From Cytophagia bacterium (GTDB taxonomy: Bacteria > Bacteroidota > Bacteroidia > UBA7662): a DNA stretch of 64,000 nucleotides. Numbering within the stretch: position 1 is the first letter of the stretch; each line of letters opens with the position of its first letter. The DNA lies in contig RFOZ01000001.1 in the NCBI GenBank assembly GCA_009926405.1, forward strand, positions 3,261 through 67,260. Reading direction: 5' to 3'. The position numbers and the translations under genes were made by a program. The notes beneath the pieces are model-generated. The model was not told where the DNA came from. It worked only from the letters and a program-made list of their open reading frames with translations, and made no database searches. Positions 63,701 through 64,000 of the stretch are shown one piece after another.

Positions 63701-63913
63701 GGTGTCGTCCGGACTTCCCATCTGCCTTAGTTGCTCCAAGATTCTTTTCCTCATTTCCTGAGCCGCCTTTTGGGTAAAGGTGATGGCCAAGGTTTGCCGA
63801 ACTGCCAAAGGGTCAGCCGAAGACAGCACCAGGCGCAGGTAAGTGGTAACAAGCTGGTGGGTTTTGCCAGAACCAGCCGAAGCCCGGTAAACCAATAGCC
63901 GTTTCGTTCCCAT
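60722..63913 (-). CDS. UvrD/AddA-like ATP-dependent helicase with C-terminal PD-(D/E)XK (RecB-type) nuclease domain
   Basis: 1063 aa. N-terminal Walker A ASAGSGKTH. UvrD/Rep helicase motifs. C-terminal nuclease motif ...D...VLDFKTG... and Y at the RecB-family position. Confidence 0.8.
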   Translation of the reverse strand: MGTKRLLVYRASAGSGKTHQLVTTYLRLVLSSADPLAVRQTLAITFTQKAAQEMRKRILEQLRQMGSPDDTLAFKEDSIRSELLKTLKLEPGVLRDRSRRLHRTMLHRYSDAAIGTIDSFISQMARPFYRELHSGQDFEIELDRDALIEEAIEPFLAQVGQKENDVSTLLLNFSQHLNRDEKNWNIRNLLVRYASFLFQDRAYPYLETLQKIKPADYAAYYDQLANILDEKHREQREGSRALLDDLALAGYSAEQLHYGAKGLIYHLEKHLQNEGHKLHSQVDKALTEQNRVLKKGAHPPEFQSWVDRLQIFLGQQKAAAPDIALMQAVLEMRYATTLLGTLYQHFTDYSRAQVKMPLNFLYFQLADLVQKTHPEYLCDRVGHRYLNMLVDEFQDTSLLQWQCLEPLMDNGLASGGTAMVVGDVKQSIYRWRNGDARLLAALPAKRWDSTASKLWDELYQGIPLQINYRSQNNILYFNNVFFGWCRQNWESLMSSTYQEVEQEHPLNPITNPPWEGRTRVLAFDPSIPERSLEANRVEVCYNLIQEYKRQGIKARDIAVLVRTNRTGSALAQGLIRRGQAVVSPDNLLLGLNPRVRQIIHAWFFLHQPQDPVHSEALLQDLDLEIYLQDPSRNAYSALLDRFPALDIPSLLALPLAAQMQELAVVMNLANEPSPFVQRLLDEWVNQCAKGPRVQDLEDWWLTVGHKIKIQGSASEEAVQLMTVHSAKGLQFPVVLVAEMDRRNKKPVLAHQWISHVPADSWGMEEKVPPGEVPVHLVETSALKNAPEDFAALAESEGQLNDLDYINILYVALTRAKTHMEILTEAWSGKKDSVFSLGKIWGQFAQSQNPDPSLWTRTERNPEWPGEPETWSLQPDSKALMPEGSKGEGESIATQQDLASMPRTLPNTTVALKHNMHWPNLTTEAIEAGVLLHRLMAKIHHQQKSESVIQDWENDESYAPALRQKVSQWARSLLLRPEVTPFFEEGSTVLREHPVLLTDGSSLQPDLILLAQDGSARVLDFKTGRPRKEHSDQLDQYLDILQKAGYPSTGALVYAEEESTDPIA

Positions 63914-64000
63914 GGTCTTTCAAAGGTAATTTTACGTCATGTTCTTGCGGTCGTCCTTTAGGGCTTGTTGGTTGGTTTTGGTTTACGGTGGTTTCAACGG

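Overview
This 64 kb window is almost entirely chromosomal core genes from what looks like a Bacteroidota genome (about 55% GC). The taxon call rests on several cues. The S10-spc-alpha ribosomal cluster has no tuf between fusA and rpsJ, and secY is followed directly by infA. FtsZ carries a long C-terminal tail. GlsB/GlsA-like lipid genes, a GH3 family gene and a CarH/CrtZ pair are also present.

In order, the window contains:
- the 3' half of the dcw cell-wall/division cluster (murE partial, mraY, murD, ftsW, murG, murC, ftsQ, ftsA, ftsZ);
- the three-gene proton-translocating transhydrogenase (pntAA, pntAB, pntB), then citrate synthase and a convergent M24 Xaa-Pro aminopeptidase;
- a roughly 17 kb ribosomal protein supercluster (rpsL, rpsG, fusA, rpsJ through rplQ, including secY, infA, rpmJ, rpoA), then carA, eno and an FtsB-like gene;
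- a mixed metabolic region: a BatA-like vWA membrane protein cluster with fabG and a SAM hydroxide adenosyltransferase (DUF62), phoH, purC, a glyA/acyltransferase pair resembling glycine-lipid or ornithine-lipid synthesis genes, galE, rfbA, pyrB, pyrR, an EVE-domain gene, a GH3-family gene, pyrE, a NUDIX gene, coaD and rsmD;
- a CarH/LitR-type B12-binding MerR regulator followed by crtZ, a secreted prolyl oligopeptidase, and a large UvrD/RecB-like helicase-nuclease.

I found no rRNA, tRNA, CRISPR array, transposase, integrase or prophage genes.

The points most worth a second look are:
- the light-sensor-like regulator with carotenoid hydroxylase;
- the glyA-linked N-acyl amino acid lipid gene pair;
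- the tightly packed DUF62-fabG-BatA/vWA-lipoprotein cluster;
- a 21-nt tandem repeat that gives ribosomal protein L17 an acidic repeat tail;
- a possible orphan xseB-like small ORF.

Coordinates for true start codons are my estimates from in-frame Met positions inside the supplied ORFs.
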